NCBI RefSeq assembly: GCF_964204865.1
Contig: NC_135251.1
Coordinates: forward strand, 12,338,001 to 12,402,000
From: Styela clava
Taxonomy: Eukaryota
Reading direction: 5' to 3'
DNA length: 64,000 nucleotides
The notes beneath the pieces were generated by a model, which worked only from the letters and a program-made list of their open reading frames with translations, was not told where the DNA came from and did no database searches. Shown in pieces: positions 45,970 to 60,000 of this stretch; the first letter of the stretch is position 1; each line of letters opens with the position of its first letter. The position numbers and the translations under genes were made by a program.

Positions 45970-47047
45970 GCTGTATTATTCATTGAAGATCTGCTGTTCG
46001 TACACTTGATTAAAATCTAAAATTTAAGTAGTAGTCGACAAAGGTGTACATATGTAAAGTACGGCACTTTTCTTCGATTCCACGAATAGCACCCACATTG
46101 AAAGACATCAATTACAACAGTGAGTGCAAATCACTCTATTATACGAGAAAGTCATATCGGCATAAAACGACAAACTAGCTTTGCGCAATAAACTAAAACG
46201 AAGCGAAATTTAAAAACATCACCATTGGATTCTTCAGAAATATGATTAACTGAAGGAAAATTTTTTTTCCTATAACATTCAAGAATTTTTAGCAAAAAAA
46301 CGTGCCTTGGTTAAGTTATATTACTATCGGGACGAGCGTAGCACAATCTGACGCATCAGCCACCATGCCAAACACCCTCATTTCAGAGACATTTAGCCAA
46401 TATTTGTTTTATTAAAGCATCTTAGGGGCATCTTGAAATTTGAACACTGAGTCCAATGTCAGTAACTTATGTGTTTTTGTTTTTCCAGAGCTGCAGAGCG
46501 ACCTAAATTAAATTGATTTAATATTAAGTCACAGTTGTAATTCCTATGTATTTCATTATTTAGGCTGTAGACTATGTTGCTTTCAAACGAGGCCAGCAGG
46601 AACTCGATTTACTGGGTGAGTAATGCATCAGTTGGGGAAATATCCCTCTTTGGTTGCCAAATATGAGCCATGGATTAATCATTTCTACCAAAGTTCTTGC
46701 TATAATATGAATTGCTCATTATGGCTCATATTGACCCCACAGTCGAACATATTGGATTCTAACACTACAATGGAATACCACTGACAGACTGAGGTCAATA
46801 AATGAGATAAACTCAACCCAAAATGTTTAAATACAGAAACAGATATTAAAAATTACAGCCTGGATCAACCTTCACATTCTGGAACCACCGTTTTTATTCA
46901 GAGCACACAGCGAGTGCCAAAACTCCATTTGACACAAGTGGCTTTCTAAAACTGAAACAGCAGAATAGAGAAACACTTTGAATATTAATGTAGGCTGGTG
47001 CAAAATAGTCTGACAGTCCATGCCTGAAATATCATATGACAGTTTTT

Positions 47048-47511
47048 GGGTCCAGTATGGTTTAGTACCACAAGTACTTCCGGTGGGCGTAGCACAACGA
47101 ATTTTGCATATGTTATTCCTAACCCCAACCTGACTATGCCATCCAAAAATTACGTCACTACGACGTCACCATCACGTCATAGGATTGCAAAAGTATAATT
47201 ACGATCGCCCGAAATGGCATCTGTGCCGCCGATAACGAGTCGCTAACGCCGACGATGTCTCTACGATCGTGATCGTCGTGACGAGAAAACGAGAGAAGTA
47301 GCTTGCTCGATTTCGGGTGATCGTCTGCGCGTTTTGGATGATCATCCTTATACCGCTACTTTGGTGGGCCTTATTACGCCACTGTGACGTCGAAATGACG
47401 TAATTTTTCGGTGACGTAGTCAGGTGGGGGTTAGGATTGACATATGCAAAAATTGTTGAGCCAGGCCAACTAGAAGTGCATGTGGTACTAAACTATACCG
47501 GTACAAGACCC
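47048..47511. mobile_element. Palindromic non-autonomous DNA transposon (family B)
   Basis: GGGTC...GACCC ends, imperfect inverted arms of more than 100 bp, exact TSD CAGTTTTT. Confidence 0.8.
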
Positions 47512-47635
47512 CAGTTTTTTATCAGCTGTCATCACTGGCTGGTCTAAAAATATGATCATTATACATTACACAATTTCGCTGCTAACAACTTGACACTTGC
47601 AGACTTGCGCAAAAACCCGCAGCACATATGCACCT

Positions 47636-48560
47636 GGGCTACCCTGGCCGCCAATTCCAGTGGCGCAGTTCTTACCACCTCATGGCAGCTCCTGCCACGA
47701 AACAAACCGTGCAGCTCTTTCCAGGGTTTTATTTATATTTACGGTTTTATAGCGCTTTACAGTAATCAGTATTAAAGGTCTATGGTGCCTATATTCACAA
47801 ACTAATGTACCAAATTTCAAAGGACCATGTGGATTTATATCTACTTAAACCCGAACCCTAACCCCAAATCCATCAAAACTGTATTCATAAAAAAACGTTC
47901 CAACTTACCCAATATTTGTCACCATAAAAGGCAAGTGCAGTTTCAAGTATTTTGTGGCGTCTACAGCTGCCGCAAAACCATGGCGGGATTTCCAAACCAC
48001 GGCCACTAAGACCAAACCCACGGCGACTGAATTTTTAGCTGCCACAAACCAATAGCGAGCTGCCGTGGTTACGGCAGCAAATCGAATACCACCGATTTTA
48101 CTGCCGTAACCACGGCAGGTCGGCTGTAATAGCAGGGCTGCCCCTAATCTGCTGATGGTGATAAACATTTGGTGAGTCGGAATGTTTTTCTTATGGATAC
48201 AGTTTGGATGGATTTGGGGTTAGGGTTAGAGTTTAAGTAGATATAATTTCGCATGATAAACTAAAATATGGTACATAAATTTGTAAATATACCGGTAATA
48301 GCGCCATAAAACCATGGCAGGAGACGGCGTGGTACGTTCGTGGCAGGAGCTGCCATGAAGTGGTAAGAACTGCGCCTCATAAAAGGGACAGCCCTGTCTT
48401 TACGGCCCACCTGCCGCGTTAACGGCAGCTCGTCATTGGTTTGTGGCAGCTAGAAAGTCAGTTCCCATCCTCAATGGTCGCCATAGGTTTTGTCGTAGCG
48501 GCCGTGGTATGGAAATACCGCCGTGGTTTTGAGGCAGCTGCAGACGCCACAAAATACTTA
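47636..48560. repeat. Interleaved GC-rich inverted repeats
   Basis: 47660-47900 is inverted at 48150-48378, and 47935-48070 is inverted at 48420-48560. Confidence 0.65.
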
Positions 48561-48684
48561 AAACAATTCCCAGCATCCAATTCTGCAAGAAGATAAATCG
48601 TAAACTTAATTCTGTCACTAATGTAACACGATGTCATGAGATCATAGAGATGGGATTTTGGTTTATTTATTATACAAACTGATG

Positions 48685-49440
48685 TTTTTTTAAATTTTGA
48701 TATTTTTTGCATTACATCAATAAAGTCTTGCTCTGGAAAAATAGTCGTTTAAGTATGTTTCAAACTTGCCGTGAACGACTACCGAAAATTGCATATATCA
48801 CCCCAAAAATGGTTTTTGCTGATTTATTATATATTTCCGAAATTGGAATTTTTTTAAATTTTGATATTTTTTGCATTTCATCAATAAAACATTGCTCTGG
48901 AAAAATAATCGTTCAAGTATGTTTGAAACTTGCCGTAAACAACTACCGAAAATTGCATATATCACCCCAAAAATGGTTTTTGCTAATTTATTATATGTTC
49001 CCAAAATTGGAATTTTTTTAAATTTTGATATTTTTGCATTACATCAATAAAGTTTTGCTCTGGAAAAATAATCGTTTAGGTATGTTTCAAACTAGCCGTA
49101 AACGACTACCGAAAATTGCATATATCACCCCAAAAATGGTTTTTGCTTATTTATTATGTTCCCGAAATTGGAATTTTTTTAAATTTTGATATTTTTTGCA
49201 TTTCATCAATAAAGTTTTGCTCTGGAAAAATAATCGTTTAAGTATGTTTCAAACTTGCCGCAAACGACTACCGAAAAATGCATATATCACCCAAAGAATG
49301 TTTTTTGCTTATTTATTATATGTTCCCGAAATTGGAATTTTTTAAAATTTTGATATTTTTTGCATTACATCAATAAAGTATTGCTCTGGAAAAATATTTG
49401 TTTAAGTATGTTTCAAACTTGCCGTAAACGACTACCGAAT
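48685..49440. repeat. Tandem array of a 161-164 bp unit, about 4.6 copies, flanked by 40-bp inverted repeats
   Basis: The anchor taaattttgat recurs at about 48691, 48855, 49019, 49180 and 49343. Flanking inverted repeats at 48647-48686 and 49490-49529. Confidence 0.9.
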
Positions 49441-50029
49441 AAATAGAACTGGGGACTCGTGGGAACATTAAAACTAAATTCCGATCAGGAACATTAGTTT
49501 GTATAATAAATAAACCAAAATCCCATCTCGGTGCCAAATCATCTTGATTGAATAATTTGACATTATCACAGCGGTCTGTAGCGTGCTGGCGTGACGAGGC
49601 TGGCGTTATACCAGGCCAAATCAATTATTTTTCCTAACGTCACCATATTTGAAAAAGCAAAATTCCGGACAGTCCATGACTATTTTCATGACCTCGTAGT
49701 AAAAATATGCGCACGATACGAAATAACAATGTTCTCTATTAGCAGTGTGCACAGTACGATTGTAGATGCAGTAAAATTCTGGATTCCGGACATTTAAGCA
49801 TTTTATAAATTCTTCCCGGACGCAAAATTTAACCCTAAATTCCGGACATGTCCGGAATTTTCCGGACGGTATGGCAACCCTAAATTAGAGGTGCTGCGGG
49901 TTTTTGCGCAAGCTTGCAAGTGTCAAGTTGTTTAGCAGCGAAATTGTGTAATGATCATGTTTTTAGACCAGCAAGTGATGATAGCTGATAGAATTCCGTC
50001 ACACGATATTTTAGGCATGGACCATTTTG

Positions 50030-53000
50030 TGGTTTCATGTACTTTCTTACCTGAATAACTTCAAGTTGTCGTGGCGTAACAATTTTTGGATATATGATTC
50101 CTGACCGCCTACCTGATGACGTCATCAAAAATTACGTTACTGCGACGTCACAATAACGAAATACAGCTTGCCAAAGAATAGCGACGGTCTCCCGTAATGG
50201 CGCCTGCAAGTATGTTTATAAACTCAATACGTCAGCGACCTCTCTCGTATCGGGATCGTGGCACAGAGCCCAAAATAAACAGGGATCACAAGGGACTAAA
50301 TTGTCGACATGGAACGTTCACGATATCTCATTCTGACCATATTTTTGTCCAGAAATAGTTAGCTCATGTATCGTGTTACAATCTGATAGGGCAGGGGTTC
50401 TCAACCTTGGGTTCGCGAACCCCCAGGGGTTCACGCAGTGGCATAGCATCCAAGGCGGTGAAAATTTAGAAATTTGAGAAAACCAAAAGCTGCATTGCAA
50501 AAGCAGTAATGCACATCTTATAATGTTGATGTTAGTTCTGCTCAAATCGTTTTGTTATGTAACAATGCCGGAGTCGTCGATTTTCGGTGTCGTGTGGTTT
50601 GATCGCACCGGCCACCGGCACTATTACGAAGGCTGTCAGATTGATGTCGAAAGCAAAACCTCTTAGTGGCGCACAAAAACGAAGAATGAAGGGCAGAAGA
50701 GGAAGAACGTATGAAAAAAATTAAAGTAACCAAGATAAACGAAATATGTAAATCAAAATTGAAACAATTAGACTTGGGAATACCGAACGTAACTGAAGAG
50801 GAATTAAGCCTAGCACCGGTGGTATCGGTAGAAAACCAGATGCGTGTTCAATCTCCAAAAGTGATGGCGCCGGCGCAAATGAATTTTCTTCCAAAACTTA
50901 CACGACAATTATCACAGGTAAGCTACTGATTTTTGAAGCAAATTGAAAAAATTGATATGACGAAGATGGTGGATGAGTTTGGTAACACGAAAGCGCAAAT
51001 TTTAGGTTACAATTAAAACTTTGTTTTAGCTTATGTCCGAGAGTTTTTAGGATCATTTCCACGAAATATTTTTGCGGGGGGGTTGGGGGCACGAGAGTCT
51101 TGCTACGCCATTGGGTTCACGAGAAGATTTCCAGGGGTACTTGGATGGCAGTCGAGTTTTTGTGTGTTGCTGTTTTTTATTTAATATCCTTTATTACTAT
51201 CAGAGAAAAATGCGTGTCGATTGAAACTAGATGCCAATTAAAACGTAGCTTTTTCCTGATGTTGCGTTGTGATTGTGACTCAACAATTTGAAATTCACGG
51301 TTCTGCAGCCAAACTGTGAAATCTTATACGACAGCGTACAGCGAGCATTGGAGAAAGTGATTATGCCTATTAAAACTTGGGATAGCTTTCAAGAATTCAT
51401 TAGTTGGGCGGAGGACAAGGGCAATAATATCATCACGAAGATTTGATTTAGTTACATCTGGTCACTAAATTGTTGTTTCAACAAATTGTTAGTCAATATA
51501 TCACAGATTCAGATGATTTATTTCTATCGTGCAGGAATCAACACAAAAGCACGGAAATTGACAAACGTGTATGATGACAATCGTAAAAAATGTAATTATA
51601 CACATAGAAATTGATACAAGTGAGAGATTCATAGCAATAGACAGTCATCAGGTCAGCGACATCAATCAAAATTAATAGTAAAACAAAATCACAACATATC
51701 ACAGAGTAATAATACAAGCGACAGCGCCCTCATGGGGTTCAACTGTGCGTTCATGGACTGTAACACGAAGTTTATTCGGTGTCTGATTACCGGGGGTTCG
51801 CGTTGATTGTTTCGTGACTCGGAGGGTACTTGACAAAAAAAGGTTGAGAACCCCTGTGATAGGGCGTTATACGACGCCACTCTAAGCAAGACCTTAGACA
51901 AGCAGAATAAACATATTAATTTACGCGATGGTTGAAATTGGGTACCACACACATAAAACACTTGTTATTTTATGTCCAGCAATAGCTCATGTATCGTGCT
52001 ACAATCTATTAATAGGGTGTTATACAATACCGCTCTAAGCAAGACTTTAGACAAGCAGAAAGAACATATTAATTCACGCAATGATTGAGGTTGGGTACGG
52101 CAAACATAAAGACATGTTGTTTAATATCCGGAGATTGATCATGTATTGTGCCACATTTTATTAATAGGACGTGGAATGTTTTCACTCTATGCAAGGCATT
52201 ATACAAGCAGAAACCGACATATTAATTTTCTTTAACGATGTGTGTAGTTTCTTACCTGAATAACTTCTAGTAGGCTTAGCGTAACAATTTTTGCATATAA
52301 TATTCCTGACACTCACATGATATCGTCATCAAAAAATTACGTCACTGCAAAGTCACAATAACGAAATAGAGCTTAGTTATGGCACCTATGGATGTAGTTT
52401 CCTACCTCAATAACTCATACTTATCTTAGCGTAACACTTTTTGCCTATATCATTCCTGACTCTCACCTGACTTCGTCATTCAAAAATTACGTCAATGCGA
52501 CTTCACAATAACGAAATAGAGCTTACCTAACAATAGCGACAATAATGAGCTCGTAATAATTACGCCTGTGTGTACGCTATGGGTGTAGTTTTGTACCTCG
52601 ATAACTTCTAGTAGGCTTAGAATAACAATTTTTGCATATACCATTCCTGACCCTTTTCTTACTTCGTCATCAAAAAATTGCGTCACTGCAACGTCACAAT
52701 CACGAAATAGGGCTTGCACAGACTCATTTAAGATCGCGGACTCGGGTTGGGAAACACTGCTATAGTCGGATTCGGGAGACTTTCTCAAAAAGGGCAATAA
52801 AAATATTTGAGACAGAATAATTATGCCATACTTAATGTTTACTGTATTTGTGATTTTCATTTTAATTCCACTTTCTCTACGCGACTATGACATAGGCATT
52901 TTACTTGTTCTGATAAAGATTTGGCTTTGTTTGGTCGCTATAATTTTATAGAACACTCACGTTCTACCGAAGGACAAACGTTTAGACATATTGGGTTTAG

Positions 53001-54768
53001 ACATATTAACCATCATTGTAATTAAAGTTTTATTTTTTTCGGAAGTTTGTCAGAAGACGCTTCTGTGCTGAGGAAACCGGAAGAAATTGAATAGATCATT
53101 TCATAAACATTAAAAACGAAATTGACGATTACTCATATAATTTACCTATTGAGCTCATTGCTCATTATAATCATCAAATATGATTATAGGTTTCTATTTA
53201 AAACATAAGGACAGATAGACGAGAGATGCATTCTGGAAATAAACTCAGGATTGTGAACGAATGCTTAATTATCGATTGCGTTTGAAGTCGAATCCATTCC
53301 AAGTTTCAACAGTTAGGTTAGGGTTGAAGAGCCTATAAATAATATGATCTTCTTTCATCATTTTTCACATTTCCCCTGAATTACTTGGCGATCAAATACT
53401 GTACGACTTCCTTCACTGTGTCAAATTTCTGTTAACCAATTTTAGCGAGCGAATTTTCGAAGACCGATATGAAGAAAAAAAAATTTATATTATATTTCGC
53501 TGTTAGTAAACCGCAAGCTAAAAAAGTTCTGGAAACATTGTAGTGGTATTAACATTTGAAGGATCTCACGCCAATGGTTTTTGTTCTAAACGGGTACCTC
53601 GAAGAAATGGATTTTGATAAAGTCTATCTGGCGATCATCAGTCCTAATTGATACTTTTTCTGGGTTGATTTAACTCAATACTTCAGTTTATTAATACAAA
53701 CTGCTAAATTAAATATAGAATGACGAGACTTCAATATTGCTTTTTACTTAAAAATATAAATAGTTTTGAGACCTTAATAAATATACGGTAATCCTAACAG
53801 AGATGTATCAGAGAACAAGCAGGCGATGGCGCATGCAGCCAGGATCATTAAATGAGGCGGGGTTGAAATTCGAAATTTACGAATCAATCTCCGCGATTAC
53901 ATGCTTGTCTTACACTTGCACAGCGTGTCCCATATTCGAGGCGATTGTCTTTCTTCTCGAACATTGAAAAATCTGACTTTCCGGCGTATAACGATTTATC
54001 TGTCTAGTAAAATTTTAGTTGTGTTCAACGTAACGCGAAATCGTATCGACTTACGGCAAAATGAAGTTAGGAACATAGGAAACTACACCGACAACGTGAA
54101 CTTAAATCAATATGTCCGTTTCTGCTTGTTTAAAGACTTGCTTGGAGTGATATCGTATTACGCCCTATTAGTAGATTGTATCACATTACATAACCTATCG
54201 CTGGGCATGAAATAACAAACCTTAATATGTGTAGTACCCAACTTCAACCATTGCGTGTCCTTTCTGCTTGTCTTCAGCCTTGCTTAGAGTGGTATCGTAT
54301 AACGCCCTATTAATAGGTTGTAGCACGATACATGAGCTTTTGCTGGACAGATAGTAACAAGTTTTTATGTGTGTGGTGTCCGACTACATCTATTGCTTGA
54401 ATATAAATTAATATGTCCAACCAAGAATTCACGAAGTTTGTCAGAATGGGATATCGTGAACGTTCCTTGGAGACGCTTGTGTTTCTTGTTTATTTGAGCT
54501 TTGCGCAACGATCCTAATACGAGAGAGGGCGCTGACGTATTGATTTTGTTAACATACTTGCAGGCACCCTTACGGGGGACTGTCGCTATACTTTGGTAAG
54601 CTGTATTTCGTTATTGTGACGTCGCAGTGAGGCAATTTCTTGATGATCATCAGGTGGGGGCCAGAAATCATATATCTAAAAATTGTTACGTCACGCCCAC
54701 TAGAAGTTATTTAAGTAAAAAAAGCGCCACGCCCACTAGAAGTTCAGGTAAGAAACTACACGAGACCC
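50030..54768. mobile_element. Large family B element with long inverted arms and internal tandem copies of the terminal unit
   Basis: 50030-50340 is inverted at 54440-54768. 51860-52120 is inverted at about 54110-54420. The terminal unit repeats three times at 52240-52720. Confidence 0.65.
50392..51856 (+). mobile_element. Non-autonomous hAT deletion derivative with a transposase N-terminal remnant
   Basis: TIR CAGGGGTTCTCAACC / GGTTGAGAACCCCTG; exact TSD TGATAGGG; frameshifted MSKAKPLSGAQKRRMK...EEERMKKIK from about 50644. Confidence 0.85.
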
Positions 54769-55478
54769 CAATATGCCACATGCAGACATGGCTTCAATTC
54801 CACACATTCGAGGTAATTGAGGTAAACAAAAAACATTAGATTCCACTAGCAGACTAGAAAATCATCTTGACCATATTTTTTGACATTATCCCAGTGGTCT
54901 GTAGCGTGCCGTTACGAGGCTGGTGTTATACGAGGGCAAATCAATTATTTTTCCCATTTTTATATTACAGTACTTTGTTGTTCTCTTGCAGCCTGGCTGG
55001 TTGTATTCGGAAAGGTTTAATATTGCGCGGGTTTGTCAACTGAGCATTTTCTAACACCACATCGAAAGCGGACTCATTAGTTTCATTTCCCGCATGTTTA
55101 ACCTACTAATTCGTTGCAACTATAAACGTAGGCATGATTATACCACATGGAATTTGAACCTTCTAACCCGCACAGGGTAATCATATAGGGTGCCATGTGC
55201 AACAGAGGCTTCACGCCAAGTTCACATTTAGATTTTTTAACTGTGGCTGTTAAATCAGAAAACCCAAATTCGGAATTTGTCATTTATTAAGAAAGCAACT
55301 TGACGCTTAAAAAGCAAGAGTAGCAGACACAGATAAAGAGAAGATAACATTGAGTCTGGCGGACGAAGAAGTGGTCGAAATATGTTTTCAATCGCCTGGG
55401 TGATCGGACATGCAAAATGGCACAAACATGGAATACTTCCAGAATAATATCAGTGACTCCAGATCAGTGGTTCCCAAC

Positions 55479-55751
55479 CAATGTTCCCTCGTGTTTGTAG
55501 TATGTGTGCGCAGAAATTTTGGTGTGTGCGCACTTTTTTGGAAATGACTAATATTTGTGCAAAAACCAATGAAGAAATTTTGGCGTTCTAACCGGGTAAT
55601 AAGTGGGCCAACAACAAACTTTCTCAACCTGCCAATCGAGAACATTGTTACATTACATCGAAATACGTCTGTGCGCAGTAAATCTATGCGTGTGCGCAGT
55701 CTCTGAAAGCTGTGTGCGCGCGCACACGCGCACACCTTAGAGGGAACACTG
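55479..55751. mobile_element. hAT-type MITE inserted into the TIR of another hAT MITE
   Basis: CAATGTTCCCTC / GAGGGAACACTG ends. The exact TSD TTCCCAAC duplicates part of the host TIR CAGTGGTTCCCAACC, which starts at 55465. Confidence 0.8.
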
Positions 55752-57098
55752 TTCCCAACCCTTCTTCTTTTGTGGCCCATAATTTCTCAAACTGGGGAGA
55801 AACTACAATTAAAATATAAACTCTTTTCGCAAAGATGGACACTTCCATCTCATTAGTTGAAATTAGAATTACCACTCAGAGCCAAAAGGCAGCAGTATCA
55901 TTCAGTGCTACAACAATCAAAGTGTAACCGTAAATATATACTACTACGGTCCAACTAATTTATCGATAACTCCAGCAATTTCAATAAGTGTGTGACCACC
56001 TAAAATGTTTCTGTGGCCCAGCTAAAGGCTCATAAATATTGCGAAAATGTGCTTTCAATACCTATTATGAAATTTTATCAGTACAGTTCTAGAAATACTT
56101 TCATTCCCGGAATTTATTCAGTATGAGACGATTATTTAATATGAAACAAAAGCTTACATTAACACAATTTGATTGGTATTGCGCAATTTGTGTAGCTTTT
56201 CTAGAATCCAAAACTTCTTCCCATATGACAACCCAATAATACTATGTGGAGAAGAGATGACACTAATTATTTTCGGAATGTGAGAAACATACATAGAGCA
56301 ACACACATTATAAAATTGAAAACGGAAGATATTGGCTCATAGCAGTTGGTAAGCAATGGGTCACCCAGTCATCGACATATACCAAAGAAAATATATAACG
56401 ATGAAAATATTATTTAAAAAAATACAAAAATGTTTTGGAATGGAAAGTATATCGAAGGCACGGTTCGGATTTTCAAATATTTTGAACAAAATTATTTAAT
56501 TTGCCTGCATTGCTGTTCCTCATGACAGGCTGAAAATGGATCGACCAACAATCTCAGGTCGAGTTGGGTCTATGTCTCATTTAGCAATATTTTACCCAGC
56601 TGAGACACAAATATATATAGGTGAATAGGCCACAAATATACTCGTAGTTGCTTTATCAAATATTGTTACCCGGAAACATTATCCAAAGCCCCATCATGCT
56701 ATCCATATCATGCTATTTATAAAATTGTTATTTCACACGCGGAAGTAGGCTACACTAATGTATGTCAAGGTTTAGTTTGCACCGATTGTGTTCTGATGAT
56801 CATTTCCAGGTGATTCACGGACGGATCAAATTGCAACAAACATGATTCATTACAAATTCGATGAATGCACTTAGTGCACAAACTTATATGACTGATGAGG
56901 GAGCTAAATTTTCAGCGTGTGGAAGCAAACAAACGTAACGTTTAGTAAGTACCAAATGCATTGTGATAGGCAATTTAAATGCTACATGACGGGATCAAAT
57001 TGAGAATTGATCAGATTGAAATATTACTGAGGTTTTATTTTACAGAATAAATAAAGTGAAAGTAAATTAGTGTTATATAAAAACGAGTTGTTACTACT

Positions 57099-60000
57099 AT
57101 GGGGCTTGGCTTGATCATTTCGATTGCTTTGGTCATTTCTGTGAAAGGAGAATCTATGAATAGTAAGTAAAATTCATATTATCATTTTATATCTTGTTAT
57201 ATTATGTTTATTGTTGCTATGTTTCCTCCGATTATGACGACAATCTGAACTTTTTCTAAAATTTCATTAGATGAATATTAGATTTCCGCCTTTATATTGT
57301 AATATAAATTGTGTTATGCATGTCAGCAAACCAATCAACGTGTTTCCTTGTAGTTCTTCAAGTCATCGTCCCATTCATATCTGCTGATATCTACACAGCA
57401 TCAGTAGATTCACATTCAGCATTAACTTGTCACTGATATCTCACAATTGCTCTCCCACTAATATACTATTTCGCAATTGTCCCCGTTATTGATCTGAGAT
57501 TAAATTTCATTTTATCAATTTGCTCAATTTTTTTAGACACGTGTGATTCGTCACCTTGCAAAAATGGGGGAACTTGTCAAAATTCGAATGAGGAGCCGTA
57601 TTATACGTGCGTTTGTCATCCAGAATATCAGGGAACTCAGTGTGAAGGTGCGTAATATATATTGTCGAATCTACCAGAACTACCAATACACTACTACAGA
57701 ACTAATCTACCTGTAGAGTTGAGACGATTTATACAAGATATTTTGGGTATTTTACTGTATTTCTAGTCTCGAAGCATTCTTCTGCATCAACCATAATATT
57801 TTGATGATTAATTAACATAAATCTAGGGTTTTGTCGTATCAATTCTAAAAAAACAGCCTGCTTTACAACAAGGGCTTGTTTTAAATCAATTTATTTTCGT
57901 ATTTTTAATTGAAATATCCCTCGAATCGACGTGAAACTACACGGCAGAATAGTGCGCCTCAACTCAAACTGCGCTGGAATAATACCCTCCACAATGTAGA
58001 CACAAATTTCTTTCTTATCGCGTAGCATTATCACGTTAATACCTAAGATTTTATGAGACAATGGTTATTCGAGGTATCAGAGAAAAGATATTTAATACAA
58101 AAGAAACAAACAATACAGCCATTTCAAACAAAACAGGTAAAAAAATAGATTTGAAACTTTTTTTTACAAATCCCTACAGAACCTTTATTATGTTCTTCCA
58201 GAAAATGTAGCTGATTCGGAGATGTTAGGATACACTGAGATACAAATACCAGCTATCAGTTTATCTTTTTGTACTTTGATTTTAAAAATCACGCTATAAC
58301 TCTTAATACTATCACACAATCGACGCAGAATTTTAGAATAGAAAAACAATTCAGACAATTTAACAATGAAGTAACGTGGAAATAAAAAATTTCGTGCCTT
58401 ACCGAAATCAAAAACCTTTATCGCGTTAACATTTAAGATTACAATTACATACAGCCCCATAGCAACGAAAAACCAGATACTTTCAACAAATTAGCGAACC
58501 ATTAACTCTATGCTATTTACAAAATTAAAAAATGTAATAAAAAAAAGTGTGGGCTATGAATATTAGCGTAATTTTTCTTCGCTTATTTTAATTTTTTGTT
58601 GATCTCCTAAACGTGCTGGTTGCGTTTGGTTCGGCACGACAATGAGACAACATGTCACTTTAACTAAAATATTTTTAAGTAAGGGCGAAGAATCAATGAC
58701 CACAGAAAATATACTGAACACTTCTAAATGAAAATGAAACTGTTTTAAATTAGATAATTTCAAAAAAAAATCTTAAACATACATTTGTTATTAAAATTAA
58801 TAAAAGCTGTCATCCTATTTCATTTTCTGCAGAAATAACATTCATCATCAGCACCACAAACAACTGCAAATATCACGTCAACCTTCGTGATAAAAAATTA
58901 TTCACCGATACAAAATCAACATGTAGAAGTCTTGGAGGAGCGAGAGCAATGATGAAAACAGCAAAAATTCAGAACTTGGTTGAAAGTCAGGCAATAAAGC
59001 AGTATGGAGCCACAGGAGGAGAAATTGGATTTTGGATTGGTGGATACAAAGATAAAAATAGATGGACATGGGCTGATGGTACAGACGTTCCAACAACAGG
59101 GAAAAATTCAAAATGGGCTGTAAACCAACACAGTTCCAATGGCTATATGATGTTTATTACTTCGTTCCGCACCACTAGAGAAAATATGAAATGGCATGCT
59201 GTACCAAACAACCTAAAGAAGAAAGGCTACATATGTGAAATATCAGGTATAATTTTGTCCCAACACATCGCTCTCACATGATGCTCTTTCAGTTCATATA
59301 TTACTTTATGTCAGTGCATCCCAACTTTTTTCAGTTCACGAGTCACGACCCACTTTTATTACAATTTTTTGTGCGACCTCCAATGAGATGTGAACAATGT
59401 ATCCACAAGCAATCTAATATTAATGGGGAACTTGAGCATGCATACTATATGATTAGGCTTGTTAGGAGACAAGCTCACACGCAACGTAGCATCAACACTC
59501 AACACATTGTGCTTTTGGCTAAAAGTAATTCCCTGTCTCAAATGAAAACCGCGTTTGATATAATCAGAGTCATATTTTCTCATTACAACTTTCCAAGCTT
59601 TCATTTTTTTTCTTTTACTTCGCAACCTTTTCTTTTTAAAAATTTATTTTTTTGCGGCTTGCAAGAATCAAACAAAGTTACGATTTAAAATAAAGTATTT
59701 TAACCCTGTTTAGCCAGCATTTAAAATGCAACTCATTGGACATAAGATTATTAATTACATGACAGGCGTCATTACTACCGTCTACCTGAATTCTATAAAT
59801 TACTAATCTGCCTAGTAGCCTACCTACAGTTTCCAACATATGTAGGGGCGTACTAAAAATATTAACGCATAATTCTAATTGTAATGGCGTAGTGATAAGA
59901 CCACAATTACCCGATCTAATCGAAAACTGTACGTAATATTTGGAAATACTTCTCAACACAACTCGGATAGCTTCGCGACTCTCTGGTTGGAAAGTACTAA

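Larger units (their letters stand above)
47000..50030. mobile_element. Composite element bounded by inverted repeats; left arm interrupted by 47048-47511
   Basis: 47000-47040 plus 47520-47627 is the reverse complement of about 49890-50030. Confidence 0.55.

Noticed and set aside
48685-49440. CRISPR-like array
   Set aside because: Contiguous 164-bp units without unique spacers, no cas genes, eukaryotic context.
57354-57410. Extra exon between the signal-peptide and first EGF exons; likewise a 14-nt micro-exon at 60594
   Set aside because: Neither preserves phase 1 with a good donor.
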